A stretch of 63,710 nt of DNA, the filler included, from Chrysochromulina tobinii (taxonomy: Eukaryota): NCBI GenBank assembly GCA_001275005.1. It is 6 parts of 6 records of this genome, joined end to end, with 100 filler letters (N's around TTAATTAATTAA, not from the genome) between each part and the next. Parts side by side here need not be neighbours in the genome. Positions count along the whole stretch, not along the records: positions 1 to 12,620 come from JWZX01001381.1; positions 12,721 to 31,808 come from JWZX01001382.1; 4 more parts are not named here. One strand, 5' to 3'. Each line of letters begins with the position of its first letter. The stretch's first letter is position 1. Below the pieces are notes generated by a model. That model was not told the DNA's origin. It was given only the letters and a program-made list of their open reading frames with translations, and made no database searches. Made by a program: the position numbers and the translations under genes. Positions 11,289-22,796 of the stretch are shown in pieces.

Positions 11289-12349
11289 CGCGGACCGTCC
11301 ACTGCTAAAAAGGCGGTGAACTCAGATCGAATTGCGAAAAACCTGATTTGAGCATTTGAGCGAGGTTGAGAGCTTTCACTGTCACCGCCGATGCTACTGC
11401 TGCTGAGGCTACCGCCGCTGCTCATGATCATCCCGCCGAGGCTACCGCTACTGCTGCTGCAGCTGCTGCCAGAGCCGCCACTGCTGCTCATGCTGGCGCC
11501 GCTGGCAGCCATCATCGCACTTTGTAGCTGCACTGCCGCGGTGCCTGATGCGTCGGAATAGATTGAAAGGCCTTCATAGCCCGCAAGCTTCGCTGGCAGC
11601 AATGGAGTACCGCCGCCTGCGCCGCCACTGCTGCTAGCTGTCGTCGCCGAGCCATCGGCCCCGGCCACCGGCGGCATACCGTGGCCAGTGATGGCTGCGA
11701 GCTTCGCTGTAAAGTCTTCGCAGAGCTCACCCTTCTCGGCGCGCAGTTGAGCAACCTGCCGTTGAAGGGCTCGTAGCTGGCCTCTGCCCTCGCGCCGCAT
11801 CCTTTCGTTCTGCGCCCGGCTGCGCTCGACCGCCGCGCGAAGCTCCTCCACCTCCGCCTGCGCCGTCGCCGAACGCCTGTCGAGCGCATCGCGCGCGGCG
11901 CTCACGCTCTCGCGCAGTGCTCGCGCCTCTTCCTCCGCCGCCTTGCGCGCCAGTGCCGCGCCCTCGAGGTCGTGCTGGTGCGCCACGCGCTCCGACTGCC
12001 ATGCGAGCTTGAAGGACTCGGCAGCGCGGTCTACCTCACGTCGAAGGCGATCACATTCGGTCTCGAGCTCCTTCTTTTGCCGCATGAGTATGTCGACGGC
12101 GTCGCGCTCGAGGCGCTCGCGCGCGTTCGCGAGGGCTTCGACCGTGCTGTCGCTGCTGCTGCTGCTGCTGCACCGAGCTGCTCCGCCCGTGGCATGCGCA
12201 CTGAAAGCCTCCGGTGGCGGCGGCTTTTTCCTGCGTGGGGACCCATCCCGCTGCTTTGGCTTGCGCATGGGCGAGGCAGCGGAGCGTCGCGGCGACAAAC
12301 CGGGTTGCGCACTTGGACGGGCCACAGGATAGCTTTCGTCTGACCGCAT
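11276..12349 (-). CDS. Hypothetical coiled-coil protein with Ser/Gly-rich tail
   Basis: 357-aa ATG ORF with E/R/A/L heptad-rich middle; TTCACAG motif upstream. Confidence 0.6.
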   Translation of the reverse strand: MRSDESYPVARPSAQPGLSPRRSAASPMRKPKQRDGSPRRKKPPPPEAFSAHATGGAARCSSSSSSDSTVEALANARERLERDAVDILMRQKKELETECDRLRREVDRAAESFKLAWQSERVAHQHDLEGAALARKAAEEEARALRESVSAARDALDRRSATAQAEVEELRAAVERSRAQNERMRREGRGQLRALQRQVAQLRAEKGELCEDFTAKLAAITGHGMPPVAGADGSATTASSSGGAGGGTPLLPAKLAGYEGLSIYSDASGTAAVQLQSAMMAASGASMSSSGGSGSSCSSSSGSLGGMIMSSGGSLSSSSIGGDSESSQPRSNAQIRFFAIRSEFTAFLAVDGPRCLL

Positions 12350-12620
12350 TTTCGACTCAGATGGTGTGAATTGGGTGCCGAATTAAACCATTGGCTGTGA
12401 ATTCATAACGATTGATGAAAATCGAGTATTGTCGAACATCGGTATCCCAACGGTTCACACTGCAAATCGCTTCACACATCAGGATTCCAGGGTTGGAAAG
12501 TTTGGAGGTGGACCCCTTGGTCGGCGTCCCCGGCGAGGCTCCAGCGCGCATGGCTGGTTATCTGAGCCTCGCATCGGCGGCGAGCGGCTTGCTCCCTGAG
12601 TTTGCAGCCTTGCCGTTGCC

Positions 12621-12720
12621 NNNNNNNNNNNNNNNNNNNNNNNNNNNNNNNNNNNNNNNNNNNNTTAATTAATTAANNNNNNNNNNNNNNNNNNNNNNNN
12701 NNNNNNNNNNNNNNNNNNNN
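12621..12720. other. Assembly gap linker (N44-TTAATTAATTAA-N44); identical linkers at 31809-31908, 45685-45784, 55967-56066, 62034-62133
   Basis: The same 100-nt linker with stops in all six frames occurs five times. Confidence 0.97.
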
Positions 12721-14627
12721 GGGCTTCGGTTTGACCGCTGCGGGCGCCGCTGTGGGCGCCGCGGTGGGCGCCGCTGTGAGCGCCGCTGTTGACGCCGCTG
12801 CAGGCGCCTTGGCTGCTGAGGGAGGAGACATGACTGCTGCAGACGGCAGCTCCGCCGCTGCATCTTGCGCCTCTGCCTCCACCTCCGCGCCCGCTTCCTC
12901 TGACGCCACCGACTCGCCCACCTTCGCCTCTTTCGCCCCCGCCTCTTCCTTCGCCTCCTTCGCCTCCTTCGCCTTGGCCTTGGCCTTGGCCGCTGCCGCT
13001 CCCGCCTTGGTCGCCGAGGCCACTTGTGCGGCAGCCTCCGCCGCCATCGCTGCCTCCGCCGCCATCGCTGCTGCTTCGGTCGCCTTCACCTCCCCCGATG
13101 CCCTCGCCGCCTCGGCCGCCTCGCATGCAAATGCTCGGCACGGCGCCTCGCCCGCCTCCCTCGCCGCCTCGGCCGCCTCGGCCGCGGCCTTCGCCTCCTT
13201 CTGCCGTTGCCGTTTGGCTGCCTTTTTGGCTGCCTCAGTTGTCGGCGCATCGCCTCGTGCCGCGGCGGCCGCCGACGACGGAGGCGGCGCGGCGGCCGCC
13301 GATGAGGGAAGCGTCGTCGTGGGCGCGGAAGACGGAGGCGTCGTCGTGGGCGCGGGGGACGCGGAGGCCCCCGCCTCGCCCACGACGACGCCCTTAGCCG
13401 CCTTCTTGGAGGACTTTTTGAGAGCATCTCGCATCTTGCGCGCCTCTACCAAGAGGGCCTTGTCCACCTTTCGACCCTCGCATTCTTCGAGCACCTGTGA
13501 TTTACAGCATTCAAAGAGGCGCTCAGATGGCACAGTGGCACTCAGAGGGCCCTTAGAGGGCGCTCAGAGGCGTTACGAGGCACTCATAGGTTTTCGGAGG
13601 CACTCAGAGGCAATCACACTCAATCACACTCAATCACACTCAATCACAGCACCTGCCGCAGCTCCTCAAGCTGCCCGCGGCCCATGGCAGCCCGTAGCCT
13701 CTCCATGGCATCGAGCGCCGCCGCCTCGGCCCGCTTTGCCTCGGCGTCACGCTGAGCAGCTAGATCGGCCTGACGCCGCTTGAGCTCCTTCTGTAGCTCT
13801 TGCACGTGGGCGGCCTCGTGCTGACGGCGTGTCTTGCGTGCCTCGGCAAACTGCTTCCGCATCAGCTCAGCCAGTGGATCGTCGTCGTCGTCGTCGTCGT
13901 CGAAGGGGTCGAGTTCCTCGACACGATCAGCGTATTTAGCGCTGCTACCGCCGCCCATCCCACGGCCCATCCCGCCCATCCCAAACATCTGCGCAATGTC
14001 GGGAGGAAGACCACCCATCCCGCCAAACCCACCGCCCATCCCGCCCATGCCACCGCCCATCCCGCCCATGCCACCGCCCATGCCACCGCCCATCCCGCCC
14101 ATGCTCCCTCCCATCCCGCCGAACATTGCCTTGGCCTCGCGCACCTGCCGCAGGAGCTCCTCAGCCATGTTGTCACCGCCCATGCCACCGCCCATACCAC
14201 CACCCATACCACCACCCATGCCACCACCCATGCCACCGCCCATGCCTGGCATGCCGCCAAACGCAAAGCCGGGCATGCCCCCCATGCTGCCTCCAAACAT
14301 TTCTGCAAATCCTGCAGGCATGCTGCCGCCCATGCCGCCGCCGCCGCCGCCGCCGCCGCCCATGCCGCCAAACATTTGTCGCAGGAGCTCTTCGACATCC
14401 ATGCCGTCCGGCATACTGCCACCAAAGGGCGACTCGCTGCGCGAGGACACGCGCTCGTATGCCTCACCGAGCTGCTGGAACTCCTCAGTGCTGCCGCCCT
14501 TGTCGGGGTGCGCCTTCTGCGCCAGCTTTCGGTACGCTCGCTTGGCTTCGGCGTCGATGCTCGCCTCGTCCATGTTGCGGTCCAGGCCAAGCATCTTGAA
14601 AGCGGCGTCCAAGCTCATCGGCGCCAT
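12721..14627 (-). CDS. DnaJ/Hsp40 J-domain protein with Gly/Met-rich region and Ala/Glu/Lys-rich tail; exons 14627-13653 and 13494-<12721 (runs into gap)
   Basis: AKRAYRKLAQKAHPDKGGSTEEFQQLGEAYE (HPD motif); GT-AG intron 13652-13495 joins LRQ to VLEECEG in frame. Confidence 0.85.
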
Positions 14628-14782
14628 GTGTGTGAGCTCTCTTTGCGGCGAGCCGCGAAGTTGCAAGTTCCTCGATCTCGTGAGAGCTCTCAAATCTGAA
14701 GTCAAATCAAGTCAAATCAAGAGTCGGTGTCGGGTACAGTAGTTCAGTTCAGTTCAGTTCAGTACCGGGTACTGGGTGCCGT

Positions 14783-14811
14783 ACCGGTTCAAAAACACCG
14801 GGGGGAGCCGG
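14783..14811. repeat. Dispersed ACCGGTTCAAAAACACCGGGG(GGAGCCGG) motif; related copies at ~18743 and ~43755
   Basis: Three similar intergenic copies seen, each among extra GTACCGG units. Confidence 0.6.
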
Positions 14812-15198
14812 TAGACAGGTCGAGCGGCCTCGAGCCGCGGTCCCCGATGGCAATGCGAGGAGGTGCTTGCTGAGGGGGTGCTTGATGAAAGGCGGAAAGG
14901 CAGGTTTGATTCGATTTTTCTGGCTACTCGGCGCTCGAGCGCGGCGTAGCAGACCGCGCTGCGCGGGGTGGCGGAGTCCGCGCAGTCCCCGGACGCGTGA
15001 CGTACCGCGCATCCCCCGGTCGGCGCTCGGGCCACGGGCGGGCCGCGGGGGGTTGTTTGATGTTTCGGTCGTCGTAGGGCGACGGGTCCGGGAGAACGGA
15101 AAGACACCCAAAATAGCATGAAAAATAATCACGCAGTCGCTCTAGTTCGCTCCAAAACGAGCTCAGCCCACAAGACCACACTCACCGATCACGTATCT

Positions 15199-16611
15199 TC
15201 AAGCGGGCAGGATGACGGAGTCGATGACGTGGATCACGCCGTTGGAGCACTCGATGTCGGTCGTGACGACCTTGGCGCCATCAACCATGACGCCGTCCTT
15301 GCCAACCTTGATGGTGGCCTCGGCCCCGTTGACGGTTTTCACCTTCTGGCCATCCATGGTGACGACAGTGCTGGCCATCACCTTGCCGGAGATGACGTGG
15401 TACGTGAGGATGGCGGCGAGCTTGGCCTTGTTCTCGGGCTTGAGGAGGTCGTCGACGGTGCCCGCGGGCAGCTTGGCGAAGGCGTCATCAGTCGGCGCGA
15501 AGACGGTGAACGGGCCCGCCGACTTTATCGTCTCGACGAGGCCGGCGGCACCGAGGGCAGCAGCGAGGGTCTTGAAGGAGCCAGCAGCGACCGCAGTGTC
15601 GACGATGTCCTTGGCTGCCGCCCTGCGCTGCGCCTCACGCACCGCCCCCTGCCCGCCCGCGAAGAAGGTGCGCGTCCTGTCGTTGACTCCGACGCCCATC
15701 GCAAGAATCTCTTTTTGGATCTCATCCGCCTTGTCAAACTCTCGGCGGAACTTGCAATCCTGCCGCCGCAGCAGCAGCTCCTGTACGGTCTCGGCCCTCA
15801 CGCCTGCGGGCAGTTTACCGGTGACCGTGTACGGCGGAGGCGGAGCCTTCTTTTCCTCCTTTGGCACCGCCACCGGCCGGTTGGCCACGTCAAAGTACTG
15901 CCGCGTGCGGTCGTTGATGAAAATGCCCATGCTGATCAACTCGTCTTGCAACTGGTCCGCGGTCGCATAGTCTTTATCGCGCTTAGCCGCGGCGCGGCGC
16001 GCCATGAGCGCCGCCACAGCGTCAGCGTCCACGCCCGCGGGCAACGCGCCCTCGAGGGCGTAGTCCCCCATGCGTGGGGCCCCAGCGTCCGCCCCGGTTG
16101 GCACTGGACGTTCTCCCGGCATCGTGCCCCGTGGCCGAGGACCTGCAGGCGCAGAAGGCGCGGAGGTGCGCACAATCTCGATGCGCCTGCGAGCCGCCTC
16201 TTTGTCCTCAGCCGCGAGAGTGATGAGCGATCGTTTGGACCGCACCTTTGCCCAGGTCGCCTCGTCGCAGCCGAGGGCGACAAGCTCAGCAGGCAGCGCA
16301 ATGGTCACGCCCGTGACGGAGGGCGCGTTGCGAAGCATGGCGATGCGCTCGCGAGCAGTCTGCTCATCGCCCGCGTTTGCAAGCTTAATCAACGTACCTT
16401 TGCTCCTCACCTTGGCCCAGAGCTCGGCATCGCAGCCCCATGCCTCAAGGATCCGTGGCATGACCACGTCGGGCTTTGGAGCGCGATCCTGCTCCTCGAT
16501 CGCTTTGAGGCGCTCATAGGCGACATTCATCGTTGGCAAAGTGCCGCGAGGCGGAGCGACCCGGATGATGAGTGTGAGAGGCAGAATCGCCGAGATGCAC
16601 AACATCGTCAT
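15199..16611 (-). CDS. Signal-peptide protein: two ~40-aa repeats, two CysRS-C-terminal-like repeats and a C-terminal fasciclin (FAS1) domain
   Basis: FAS1 motifs [36 protein letters not shown]; internal repeats visible in the translation. Confidence 0.85.
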   Translation of the reverse strand: MTMLCISAILPLTLIIRVAPPRGTLPTMNVAYERLKAIEEQDRAPKPDVVMPRILEAWGCDAELWAKVRSKGTLIKLANAGDEQTARERIAMLRNAPSVTGVTIALPAELVALGCDEATWAKVRSKRSLITLAAEDKEAARRRIEIVRTSAPSAPAGPRPRGTMPGERPVPTGADAGAPRMGDYALEGALPAGVDADAVAALMARRAAAKRDKDYATADQLQDELISMGIFINDRTRQYFDVANRPVAVPKEEKKAPPPPYTVTGKLPAGVRAETVQELLLRRQDCKFRREFDKADEIQKEILAMGVGVNDRTRTFFAGGQGAVREAQRRAAAKDIVDTAVAAGSFKTLAAALGAAGLVETIKSAGPFTVFAPTDDAFAKLPAGTVDDLLKPENKAKLAAILTYHVISGKVMASTVVTMDGQKVKTVNGAEATIKVGKDGVMVDGAKVVTTDIECSNGVIHVIDSVILPA

Positions 16612-16766
16612 CGTTTACGGCCGCAACAGTGTACGAGGCGCTAGAGCGTGAGAGGACATGAGAGGCGAGATTCGATCTTCGCGACATTTCCTGTGATCTT
16701 CGCAACATTTCTAGAAATTTGCTGCTGTGTTGGACGAGAAATTTTGTGCGCATCATCTCTCCCCCG

Positions 16767-18099
16767 TCACCTCTTCGCCTGCTGCTTCTGACTGCGCTCA
16801 AAGTAGTCCAGTCGGTCGCGCAACGCCACGACTAGCCACGTGGCGCCGCCGCCGAGCGCGAGGCTGCATGCGCCGGCGACGCGCCGCATCGTGCGTGAGC
16901 GCGCTATGCCAACAAGGGCGCCCAGCCCGAGCGCGCCGCCGCCGAGCGCGAGCAGCCTCGAAGGCGGCGGTGGCTCTTCGAGCGCCTTGGCGACCTTCTC
17001 GCGACGCGTCGCCTCGGGCGCGTTCCAAGCGGCCGTGATGCCCGGAACATGGGATTTGCCCACCACGCCCACCACGGTGCCCACCACGGCGCCCAACTCG
17101 GACGACTGGCTACCGGTAGGTCCGAGTGCCGTGTGGAGCGCCTCGGCGAGTACCCAATCGCGTTCGTCGAGAAGGATGCGACGGCACGTAGGGGTGTAAT
17201 ATAAGTCAAGATGGTCGAGGTGCGTGTAGGCCTCGAGGGACTCGCGCAGCCGTTGGCGCTGAAGCCGAGAGAGCGCGCGCGCGAGAGAGCGAGATCAGCG
17301 AGTCACGGAAGTCACGGCCAATCAGTGTCACTCATGCCCAACCAGTGTCACTCATGGCAGTCACCTGCGCCTCGCCGATGAGTTCCTTGCACCAAAAGCG
17401 GCGCAGCAGGTCATACAGCACAGCGTCCGCGAATCCGGGCACGGCGGCGGTGACGGCCCGCTCGGTCTGGTGCGCGAGCGTCGTGCCAAGCGCACGCAGC
17501 TTCGCCTCGCGCTCGTCGCTCGACGGCAGTGCCAGCGCACGCGCCAGCGCGTCGCTCGTCGCCTGCAGCTCGTGCGCCTCACGGTACCGTCGGTGCGCCT
17601 GCGCCTCCGCCCACGTGCCATCCTCGAAGAGCAGCGCCCAGACAATCTCTGAGATGGGCACGAGCCGCCGCAGCCGCTGCTGCGTGAGCTCCATAGAACG
17701 GTCACCGAGCACCACGCGCGCGTTCAGGGTGCGCGCCTCGTCCACTGCAGCCCGGAACTCGCCGCCGACGGGCGCCGTCTCGAGGCTGCCCAGCGCGTCA
17801 TACTGCAGGCTGATGAGGCTGGTCCAGTCCTTCAGCGCATCACTGAGTGTACCCGCCACGTCCGCGAGCGAGACGCCCGAGCTCCCTGCCTCGGACAGCT
17901 GCGTTGCGCCGCCGTAAGAGTGGTTCAGCATGTGCCGCCGACCGTCGCACAGCTCCACGACAACAGCGGACGGCTTGACTCGGCGCACGAGGTCGGCCGC
18001 GGCGGACGCGGACCCGCTCGCCATGTGGCACGTGCCCAGCAGGTACACGGTACCGCCGTCGGGGCGGTGGAGGACGGTCACGTTGTCGCCTTCCCCCAT
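16767..18099 (-). CDS. TraB/PrgY family protein (TRABD-like) with C-terminal hydrophobic segments; exons 18099-17365 and 17258-16767
   Basis: VYLLGTCH, VVVELCDGR, GGEFRAA, VLGDR; after intron 17364-17259 the frame reads LLDERDWVLAEAL...VVGVVGKSHVPGI. Confidence 0.85.
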
Positions 18100-18956
18100 T
18101 CCTTTTCGTCAAACACAAGCTGTCGTGTGAATAGGCTGTAACAGCTTGAACAAGGTCTTCTCACGCAAACCGGTTTTGTCCGCTGAACGCTTAAACGCTT
18201 AAACGCTGAACGCTGAAAGCCGTCCCCGATGATCGGGCGCCCGTCACCCCCGGCCCCGCCCGCCGCCCCCTCTCACAATTTCAATAAAATAAATAAATAA
18301 TCCCTGCAATAAATATCCCTGGCCCCGGTGGCCGGCCGCCGTGCTGGCGCGGTGTCGAGCGGTGGCCGCGCCCGTTGCTTGGCCCGTTGCCGCGTCGCGC
18401 CGACGAGAACCCGGTCGAGGCCCTGCGGCCCTGGGTCGACAGGTGTGCCGGAACCATGCGGGGCCGGCAATTTGGGGCCGGATGTGCTTAAGATGTGTAT
18501 AGTAAAATATGTGCTGCGCTGCTGCCTGCTTTATTCTGGCTGCGCATGATAACAATAAATAAGAAGCGTTATTCGCGTTCAAGCGGTTTTGTACAATAAG
18601 GCCCAGTAATCTCTCGCTCTTGTACAGGTTGTACCAGGCTCCAGGGTGGCGGTGGAGGGCGCGGCGCAGCTAAAATATATTCGACATCGAAGTGTACATC
18701 CTCCATGACGCCGGTCCCTACCGGTACATGTATCGGTTCCAGACCGTTCAAAAACACCGGGTGAGGCGGTACGGGGACGGAACGGGGGTGGCGGGATGGG
18801 TAAGTTTGCTGACTGCTCCGTCGACGAAATCTAAATCTCCGAAAACCTGTGATCCAGAGCAGATCGCTCCCCACAGGGCACAGAGAGAGGTTCGGCGTTC
18901 TATGGACGACTGAAAGGTCCTTTCTGCAGCTCAGTAGCGGCTCCCGCTTCACAGAA

Positions 18957-19730
18957 ATGCTTTTAACCGACATCTCGGTGGTGCGCGCAGCGCACATTGT
19001 CCTTGCGTCGGCATCGATGACCCGCGCGAACATCATCAATGATGTCATCCGCGCCAATGCTCGGATAGTCCCAGTTGGCCTCCCAGAGACGATTGATATC
19101 AGTGGCTACGCGCCGTTGCAGCTTGTCGAGGAGCTTTCGAAGCAGAAAGCGATCAGAGGATTTGCGAAGTGCGTGCCAGCGTTCGCGGCGAAGCATGCGC
19201 AGCCCCCCTCGCTCATCATCGGTGCAGAGACAGCTGTGGTGCTTGATGGCAAGGTTTTGGACAAGCCAAAATCGACGGACGATGCGAGGCGCATGCTTCG
19301 TGCCCTCTCGGATGCAGGCACACACGCTGTGCTGACCGGAGTGTCACTCGCCTACGGTGACGACAAACCTGGTGCATACGCCATGCATACCTTCACCGAG
19401 GTGACATCGGTCGCGTTCAGAAAGCTGACCGACGACGAGATTGAAGAATACGTGGCCACTGGAGAGCCGATGGCGAGCAAAGGTGCATATAGCATCAAGG
19501 GCTTTGGCTCGTCCATTGTCACGGGCATCACCGGCGACTACCAGAACGTGCTTGGCTTTCCAGTCGCTCGCTTTGTCCAAGAAGTCGACACTGGGCGTCT
19601 CGCCTCCTGGGTGGCTGCTGCTGCTCTCAAAGAAGGCTTGCCTGTGGGTGCACCCAAGGCTAAAGACGACACGCTCGTGAGCGCTATCGAGTGCCAAGAC
19701 GTCGACGAGTGCGGGATGCCATCGGATTGA
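18957..19730 (+). CDS. Maf/YhdE-family nucleoside triphosphate pyrophosphatase-like protein (divergent motifs)
   Basis: IVLASAS, IIGAETAVVLDGKVLDKP, HAVLTGV, EIEEYVATGEP..KGAY, GDYQNVLGFP. Confidence 0.85.
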   Translation: MLLTDISVVRAAHIVLASASMTRANIINDVIRANARIVPVGLPETIDISGYAPLQLVEELSKQKAIRGFAKCVPAFAAKHAQPPSLIIGAETAVVLDGKVLDKPKSTDDARRMLRALSDAGTHAVLTGVSLAYGDDKPGAYAMHTFTEVTSVAFRKLTDDEIEEYVATGEPMASKGAYSIKGFGSSIVTGITGDYQNVLGFPVARFVQEVDTGRLASWVAAAALKEGLPVGAPKAKDDTLVSAIECQDVDECGMPSD

Positions 19731-20306
19731 GAAACGCAATGCAGGCGAGCTCTGAGTCCACCCTGCTCCCGATCACCCTGCTTTTGGCCCTTTCAGTTAC
19801 AGTTTCACCCCGCCGCGGGGAGGTACATGAGTGACAGGGTACAAACGATCCAGCTTTCGAGCTCTTTCGGAACAATAAAAGGAATAGCGGTGCGACACAA
19901 CATATTACAGTCTCAGAGAAAAGCTGGGCTCGCATGACGGTCCACACACCGCGAGGGTCAACATGCTATCAACATGCTTGAACCAGTCGTTCACAGACAC
20001 ATCCCGGCGCGCTACCACCGGGATCGCCTAAACGACACGCGCGACGCTAGCTCTCATCCTGCATCCCATGCCTCCAGCTCAAAGCTGCTCTCGCGCCAGC
20101 GGGTAGCCGCCGTTAACGCCGCCCTTCTCGCCCCGCCGCGACGGAAACACCGCGATCAATCCCCACGCCGCATGCCCGACCGCATGCCCATGCTCAGAGC
20201 AGCTAAACGTCCCCGGACGGGTTCACAAATTTTCGGCCTTGTCGCAGTCCCTAATACAGATCTCCCCAGATCTCCCCCGCCGCACGTGCCGCGACATGAC
20301 GGCGGC

Positions 20307-22610
20307 TTAGGCGGGCACGGCGACGCGCGCGTTGGCGACCCCGTTGGGGTAGTACTTGGCCACGAGCGCCTGCAGCTCCTTGTAGTCGATCGTCTCCTTC
20401 TCAATGAGCATCTCCGTGAGCTCTTCCCAAATGTCCCGGTTATCGAGCAGCGTCTTCATGCAGTGCTTGTACGCCTTCGCGACGAGCTGCTTGACCTCCT
20501 CGTCCACCTTCTTCTGCGTGGCCGACGAGGCCGCCTGCGGGCCAAAAGGGGAGACGCCGTCCTGCTCCCACGCCACGGGCGCGAGCTTGTCCTTGGAAAA
20601 GCCCCACTGAGTCACCATGCGCCGCGCGATGTTGCGCACCTGCTGCAAGTCGCCCGAGGCGCCCGTGGTGATCTCATCCTCGCCGTACACGATCTCCTCG
20701 ACCACGCGACCCGCGAGCGCGACGGCCAGCTGCCCCTCGAGGTAGCGCTTCGAGTACAAGCCCGAGGAGAGGCGCTCCTCTGGGGGGGTGAAGAGCGTAA
20801 AGCCGCCAGCGCCGTTGGAGCGGGGCAGGATCGTCACCTTGGTCACCTGGTCATAGTCGGGGGTGAGCGCACCCATGATCGCGTGGCCCGCCTCGTGGTA
20901 GGCGACCAGGCGCTGGCGGTTGGGGAACGAGGTGCCCGTCGACTTGACCATGCCCACGGTGAGCCGATCGAGAGCGTAGTCGATCTCCTCGTACCCGATC
21001 TCACTCTTGCCATTGCGCGCGGAGACGATGGCGGCCTCGTTCATCAGGTTGGCGAGCGAGGCGCCCGAGAAGCCTGTCGTGCGCTTCGCGATCATGGAGA
21101 TGTCGAGGCCCTTGGCGAGGGGCTTGCCGCGGCAGTGCACCTGGAGGAGACAAAAGTGGCCGCGAGGGGGGGAGTGTCAAAGGAACGAGGGCGACGTGGA
21201 CACTGGGCGTGTGTGGGGGGATAGTGGGGCGGAGAGTGGGGGGAATTGCGGGGGGTCGGCCCGCTCGTCGGCGTGCCCACCTTAAGGATCGCGAGGCGGC
21301 CATCGTTGTCGGGCAGGTCGACCGGTACACGGCGGTCGAAGCGGCCGGGGCGGAGGAGCGCCGCGTCGAGCACATCGGCGCGGTTGGTGGCGGCGAGCAC
21401 GATGACGCCCGAGTTACCCTCGAAGCCGTCCATCTCGGTCAGGATCTGGTTGAGCGTCTGCTCGCGCTCGTCGTTGCCGCCGCCCATGCCGCTGCCCGAG
21501 CCCGCACGCTGCCGGCCCACAGCATCGATCTCGTCAATGAAGACGATGCACGGCGCATTCTTCTTAGCCTCCCCGAAGAGATCGCGCACGCGGCTCGCGC
21601 CCACGCCGACGAACATCTCGACGAACTCGGAGCCCGAGGCCGAGATGAAGGGGACGCCCGCCTCGCCCGCGACCGCGCGCGCGAGCAGCGTCTTGCCCGT
21701 GCCCGGAGGCCCCTCCATGATCGCGCCGCGCGGGATCTTGGCGCCGAGCTTCGAGTACTTGGCCGGGTTCTTGAGGAAGTTGACGATCTCCGTGAGCTCC
21801 TGCTTGGAGCCCTCGCACCCGGCGACGTCGTCGAAGGTGACGCCCGTCGCTGGCTCCATCTGGATCTTCGACCTCGACTTGCCGATGCCCATCGGCCCAC
21901 CAGGGCCGCCGAGGCCGCCCATGCCGCCGCCGGCGCCGCCGTTGCGCTGCTGCAAGAAAAAGAGGCCGCCGATGATGATCAGCGGGAAGGCGAGCGCGGG
22001 CAGCACGCCGAGCAGGCCCGCCGCCGCGCCCTTCTCCGCGGGCGGCTGCACAGCGAACACCACGTTCTTCTTCGTCAGCAGCTTGATGAGCTCCGCCGAC
22101 TCGCCGGGCAGGATGAGGGCCTCATGCCGGTTGCCATCCTTGTCGATGGCAAGCGCCTGCTTGCCGTCGGCGGAGAAAGAGACCTTCTCGATGAGGTCGG
22201 AGTCAATCGCGTCGACTGAGCACACACGGGACGCGCGCGCGGGGCGGGTGAGCAGATAGGGTGGCCAAGGTGAATCTCGACGCGGGAGACAAGTCCGATT
22301 TGCGGCCATAGTCGTGTGGACACCACCACGGTTGGGGCGCGGCGAGGCGGATTCGAAGCGCCGCGCACGCACGGAAGGTCGACATCGCCCACGGGGTGCT
22401 CCGAATCTCCGCGGCGTTCGCCGCTGCTCCAAGCGTGGCGAGGCTCGTCAGGCCCGAGACGAGAGCGCCAAGGTGCGCACGGCGCGCCGCAGACATCTCA
22501 ACAGCGAGCAGGGGGCGGCCCGCGCACTGCACCTGAGGGCGCGGCGCGACGAGTGCAGGCCCGGCCCCGGTGAATCCGCTGCTGCCAGCGAGGAAAGTGA
22601 GGGCGAGCAT
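20307..22610 (-). CDS. ftsH: Plastid-type ATP-dependent zinc metalloprotease FtsH; exons 22610-22373, 22215-21281, 21140-20307
   Basis: Walker A GPPGTGKT, Walker [25 protein letters not shown]; two GT-AG introns restore the frame; leader [13 protein letters not shown] looks like signal plus transit peptide. Confidence 0.95.
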
Positions 22611-22796
22611 TGCCGGAGGCTTGGTGTGAGGAAGTGCCGCCGCGAGAAAGGAGCTCGCGACAGGGACGCTTCCGAGAATCTTGCGTTTCCACGGAAAATG
22701 TTTTCTCTGCTGTTTTAGAATGTGGACCAGTGAGAAACGGTTGAGATTGCTTTTTAGATGGTGTAAGCTCTGTAGCATGTCCGACCCCTCTTTAAA

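Noticed and set aside
12665..12676. TTAATTAATTAA palindromes (five copies) as biological sites
   Set aside because: Always centred in identical N runs; artificial scaffold linkers.
21138..21282. AG|GTG repeated at both ends of ftsH intron 2 as a TSD
   Set aside because: Only 5 nt and explained by splice consensus.
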